Positions 32,751-34,069 of a DNA stretch of 34,069 nt are shown here, piece after piece (position 1 is the first letter of the stretch; every line of letters starts with the position of its first letter). The position numbers and the translations under genes were made by a program. The stretch is from Blastocystis sp. subtype 4. Its lineage: Eukaryota. The notes beneath the pieces are model-generated. The model did not search any database. It worked only from the letters and a program-made list of their open reading frames with translations, and was not told where the DNA came from. The stretch spans positions 1 to 34,069 of the forward strand of contig NW_014569457.1 of the NCBI RefSeq assembly GCF_000743755.1. Direction: 5' to 3'.

Positions 32751-33940
32751 CTAATGGATACCACGAGCAGCCAAAGCTTCTAAGCGTTTCTGTCGAGCTT
32801 CTTCAGCTGAGACAACTCCTGATTCCCTATAGATTATTGGAGAACATTTCACATGCAAGTCACTATTGATTTCTAGATTAGGCTTGGGTACTTCTTCCTA
32901 TTCATCACACCTCTTCAGAATATGTACTTTCATAACAGGAGGGAAGATGGAGTCGAAAATAAACTTCAACATACTTAATATACCGACAATACACACCTTT
33001 CCCACTGATTTTAAACCTTCATACGCTTGACATATCATGGTTCCAAAAGATAGACAGGACCCCAAAGCTTGATGAAGCTCTGGAATATAGATCTAAATTC
33101 GATCCAATCACCAACTCCTACGAATGCATCAGATTTCTTCAGCATACTTCCGAAACAGCCCTTCTCGACACGTACCAGACAGTGCATTGGAACAAGCCAA
33201 TTCAAGTATCCTGAAGCGAAGAGGAAACCAGAGACAACACCACAGAGATGACCAATAAAACTGACTCCTGGCATAATGACCTAGGGTTAATACGTTCAAC
33301 AATTCGTACAGACATCAGAATCAAATATACTACAGCGAACCATTTTCTTGGCACATTGATAAGACCAAATATTCTATAATGAAATGAAGAGATCAAACAA
33401 ACGGAAGTGTATCCACCTCAATCACGTAGGATTCCAATGTCAGCAACGAAAAAATGACACCAGAAAATCCAGCAGCAGAAACATAATGAAAGGACGAGCC
33501 AAAAAGTCTACAATGAACACGAATCAACATGACAACACTCCAAGAAGCTGGTAGATCCCAACGTATAATAGTCCATTAACCAGAGTAAACAGAAGAATGG
33601 CGTAGAACATGAATATAGAACCATACTTCCTTTCCAGGTATGTATCTTTGTAACAAATCACATGTAAACACCTACTGATGTTGTAAAAGGATAACAGATT
33701 AAAAGCAAGATGAAGAATACTCAAGTGCGTAAATGTAGACGTTATTATCCTCTATATATCACATAAAATACTTACTAGTACATAAACTTGGAATCTGTCA
33801 ATAACATAGTAAGAACTTATTACACATTCCTCAATTCCACCAAAGAAGAATTGAATGATAAAGATAAGAATACATAGAATAACAAAGAATAGTGTACAAG
33901 GTGGAACTGACTTAAAGGTGTCTTGTAATCGTGTTGACAT
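32751..33940 (-). CDS. Rhomboid intramembrane serine protease (RHBDD1/RHBDL4-like), multi-exon
   Basis: PPCT, FTHLSILHLAFN, LERKYGS, catalytic AGFSGVIF and SFIGHLCG; C-terminal RQKRLEAL. Confidence 0.88.
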
Positions 33941-33978
33941 AACAAATAATGAAGAGTGTGACAAAGACCGGATTCCAC

Positions 33979-34069
33979 TTAGGCAGAAGTCTTCTTGTTC
34001 TTGTAGTACTCACTAGCCTCAGCCAGTCTCTTAGCCTCCATACGCTTGATCAGATCAGCATGCTTCCAA
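33979..34069 (-). CDS. RPL13A: 60S ribosomal protein uL13/L13a, 3' end only
   Basis: WKHADLIKRMEAKRLAEASEYYKNKKTSA* matches the L13a C-terminal W-K...E-x-K-R...YY pattern. Confidence 0.7.
   Translation of the reverse strand, partial: WKHADLIKRMEAKRLAEASEYYKNKKTSA

Noticed and set aside
1709..33940. In-frame stops as a sign of an alternative genetic code or pseudogenes
   Set aside because: Where checked, stops fall within short GT-AG or AT-AC introns whose removal restores conserved motifs. NDUFB8 is the exception.

Overview
Eukaryotic nuclear DNA, very probably Blastocystis (anaerobic gut stramenopile). The basis is extreme gene packing, mostly ~26-40 nt GT-AG introns, and a TGTTTGTT-like element just past almost every 3' end. 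The ORF track fragments most genes because it ignores introns. Manual splicing gives about 22 protein genes and 2 tRNAs. In order: a partial intronless secreted/surface protein, U2A' (SNRPA1), ZPR1, tRNA-Phe, CWF19L2, LSM8, a PPR-like organellar protein, a bromo-CW-ARID-PHD protein, Pkr1-like, ZNF593/Bud20, tRNA-Gly, RTF1, a divergent Treslin/Sld3 homologue, a GT61-like glycosyltransferase, MED22-like, WDR75, PP2C, an apparently damaged NDUFB8, a slicer-intact Argonaute, a UBL protein, PARN, a tail-anchored coiled-coil protein, organellar TilS, a rhomboid protease and the 3' end of RPL13A. Main observations: (1) three genes (PARN, Treslin-like, GT61-like) whose geometry predicts a stop codon created by polyadenylation, and two or three more where the genomic stop sits exactly at the predicted cleavage site; (2) two 44-49 nt AT-AC minor-spliceosome introns, one of them in the U2 snRNP gene U2A'; (3) Argonaute; (4) a cryptic Treslin; (5) NDUFB8 missing its transmembrane core. 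Polyadenylation-made stops and U12 introns are already described in Blastocystis, so the instances here are new only at gene level. I found nothing I can defend as a wholly undescribed system. All gene models are by eye and no database searches were run.
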